NCBI GenBank assembly: GCA_043228905.1
Contig: JBHGNT010000014.1
Coordinates: 9,734,001 to 9,798,000 of the forward strand
Length of the DNA stretch: 64,000 nt
Direction of reading: 5' to 3'
From: Azolla caroliniana
Lineage: Eukaryota > Plantae > Polypodiophyta
The translations under genes were made by a program, and so were the position numbers. Positions 61,243-64,000 of this stretch are shown here, piece by piece; positions within the stretch are counted from its first letter, which is position 1; each line of letters begins with the position of its first letter. The notes below the pieces were generated by a model. The model was not told where the DNA came from, did not search any database, and saw only the letters and a program-made list of their open reading frames with translations.

Positions 61243-62852
61243 CCATCCTTGCTTCCAACATCGTTAACTTCCAATCTACCCGAGGCGCAACATTTGTTTT
61301 CATTGGCAAAGATCCATGGAACAATGATATATCTTGTAATTTCTCCTAAATAAATGGTCAAGATCCAAAATCTACAACCCCCAATCGAAATAAACGATTG
61401 AATTGAGATCTTAGCTTCTCTTTTGCATTGCAATGTAAGATTCAAGAAGAAATAACCAATTCATTTATTTTTTAGTAAATCTTTTTTATTATGTAAATTT
61501 AAAATGAATGGCTCTGTAATATTCTTTGGGTCATTTTGTATTCTCGAATATGACGAATATTACGGATGGTGAATACCAAGAATATCACGCATGGGTCAAT
61601 CTATGGAAAAGACCAACTAACATGATTGTATGCTTTTTCCAAATCTAAATGAATCATAATCATTTCTTGATGTGTATGTTGAGCATAATCAATAGTCATT
61701 TGAACATCCAATACATTATACAATATATTTCATCCTAAAATAAATATGTAATACATATTGGGTGAATAAATTAAGGTAAAAATTTCTAAAGTTGGATAAT
61801 GTATTTCAAAAAACTTTGTACAACCCTCCCATCAATGAAATAGGCCTTTGTTGATGAGATGCCTAAAGGAGATGATACCTTTAATATCAATTTGATTAAC
61901 CCCACCTTCTCAAGCATGAAACCAAATTCCCAGCAATGTTAAACATTTACATGAATGGACTCTTAAGAATGCAAGCATAATATTTTAAAAACTTCATTTA
62001 TAATACCATTTCAAATGTGTAACAATACCTTTTCCACCTTAGCTTCTCCAAAAACAGCATCCAACTCTTGACAAATATTTGTCTTGCTTTCAACACATTC
62101 TCATTAATAATCAACTCTGACCCAATCCAATTTTCATTTCTTATCCTTATTCTCATAACCAAAACAAGGTCAAATGATGACTGAAAGAGCACCAATATGT
62201 TTCATTTCTCATCCTTGTTTTCAAAACCAAAATAAGGTCAAAAGGTAAAGAACACCAATATGTTTCATTTCTCATCCTTGTTTTCAAAACCAAAATGAGG
62301 TCAGATGGTAAAGAACACCGATAAGTCACAAGAGCTTTGCAAACGTTTCAGGTGGATTTCAAAATTGCTCACATGTGTACATGTACAAAATAAATATGTG
62401 AGTATATATGCTCCCTCTATTTAGTGCAATTTCTTGAGTTGCTTTTGGTCAAGTATCCATGTTTCTCACATATGTTATTACATAAGAAGGATGGGCAAAG
62501 ATACTTGGCATTAGTAGAATTTTACAATTAACGGTATAACTCTTGCTCTTGCTCTGCATTGCAAAATCTGAAGGTGTTCCTAAGGGGAAGTCCTATGGGA
62601 AGTTGACTTTATAGATGATGTTGCCAAAAAATTTAAGGTTAACATTTTCATACACAGGTCTGATAGAGAGCACACAAAAGCCACACTACCTTGCAATCTA
62701 TACAAACGGGCATCCTCCTTGGCTTTTGTCTGTAAGACCATGTAATCGAAATCTATCGTACATTTGAAGTAGCATCCTCTTGGAACTCTCAGCATTTTCT
62801 GATTCAATTTTTTTACAACCATTTCATGATACAGAGCATGATCTAAATTAGT

Positions 62853-63032
62853 TCATCCATTCAGGCGTGAAACAAACTGATCGAGATTATACTCTTCGCT
62901 ATATTGGGATTGATCCCAGAGCTCCTCCAATCCACTTAACATCGCCTTTAAACCTTTCCCTGCACCAGTAGTGGTTGATGCAGCAATAGCATGATCTTCG
63001 TCTTTTCCATGTTGTTTTGCTTTATTCTGACT
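62853..63032 (-). CDS. BTAF1: BTAF1/MOT1 SNF2-family ATPase, terminal exon
   Basis: Acceptor TTTTGCAG|AGT; GLKAMLSGLEELWDQSQYSEEYNLDQFVSRL* is the Mot1/BTAF1 C-terminal motif. Confidence 0.93.
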   Translation of the reverse strand, partial: SQNKAKQHGKDEDHAIAASTTTGAGKGLKAMLSGLEELWDQSQYSEEYNLDQFVSRLNG

Positions 63033-63134
63033 CTGCAAAATAATGATAGATCATATTATTTATCATGTTTACCGAGTTCTAAACACAGCAAACAAAAGAT
63101 AGGGTCTTTTTAATGGCCATATTATTTATCATAC

Positions 63135-63344
63135 CTTCCCAGCTCCCGACACTGAGAAGAGGTCAAGCAGTTGACCAGTATCCATTTTATCAAGGCTTGC
63201 ATTTTCAGCATTAACTACAGTGTTAGCAACAGAAAGTTTGAACCGTTGAAGACTCATTACTTTCTCTTCCAATGTGCCACGCATAACTAGTCTGTGAACA
63301 TTCACAACTCGTTTCTGTCCTAATCTATGAGCTCTGTCCATTGC
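63135..63344 (-). CDS. BTAF1: BTAF1/MOT1 exon (helicase motif VI)
   Basis: TAG|GCA...AAG|GTATG; AMDRAHRLGQKRVVNVHRLVMRGTLEEKVMSLQRFK. Confidence 0.95.
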
Positions 63345-63595
63345 CTAGAAATCCATGTACAGATATAAATGAGTAGTGAAAACTCAAGAAATCAATTCAA
63401 TTGTATTGGCATTGTAAATAAGAAATCTTCCAACATAAACATGCAAATAAGGAAAACTTCTTCCACTTCCCTTTTCTTCCACTTTCTTTAACATTGATCC
63501 AAATAAAAGATACTTCCCCAACCACATCAACATTAAAATGTTAGGTAAAATTAGATGACTTAAATTACTAGCTAAGGTAAGAGCAAGAATCATCA

Positions 63596-63691
<96 letters not shown>

Positions 63692-63755
63692 TCATACAAT
63701 TAGAAAGTCTACACCTTATCTCTAAATATAAAGAACGTTATGATCAGACAGTTAC

Positions 63756-63865
63756 CATGTGTTGTCAACAGAAGTACATCAATGGTTGGATCAGAGTTAA
63801 AAGCCTTGACAACATCAAAGCGTTTATCAGGTTCAATTGATCCGTCCAAGCGTAAGTATGTCACA
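63756..63865 (-). CDS. BTAF1: BTAF1/MOT1 exon
   Basis: TGCAG|T...CATG|GTAAC; VTYLRLDGSIEPDKRFDVVKAFNSDPTIDVLLLTTH. The gene continues beyond the window. Confidence 0.95.
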
Positions 63866-64000
63866 CTGCAAATTAAAACCTCAGTCAGTCCCATAAAGGG
63901 AAAGAAACAGAAAATATCATATCATAGTACCAAAGCAGTTAGTAAGAAACCGCCATGTATATTAAAGAGGCATACCCCTTCATGTGGGTTTGGAAAAGAT

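Overview
Eukaryotic nuclear DNA from a land plant, most plausibly a non-seed plant such as a fern, lycophyte or bryophyte (inferred from the gene and TE types). There are four host genes. These are the last exon of an ecdysoneless/SGT1 homolog (347-514, +), an intronless TPT-family nucleotide-sugar transporter (8440-9528, -), a spliced 61-aa single-TM microprotein missed by the ORF track (11673-12749, +), and the last four exons of BTAF1/MOT1 (62853-63865, -). Positions ~14.6-61.3 kb are a ~47-kb nest of retroelements, many resolvable to the base by their TSDs. The nest holds an intact Copia with near-identical LTRs (47057-52505), a complete Gag-protease-only Gypsy element with a tRNA-Trp PBS and 4-bp TSD (43253-46994), and a related pol-coding Gypsy with a candidate -1 frameshift signal after the protease. 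It also holds older Copias, solo LTRs, LINE fragments and a hAT MITE. The most unusual signal is a tRNA-like box A/box B module at tRNA spacing in several different LTR families. In four of five insertions it is antisense at the U3 end, and in three it lies upstream of perfect heat-shock-element arrays and the TATA box. All alignments and mismatch counts were done by eye.
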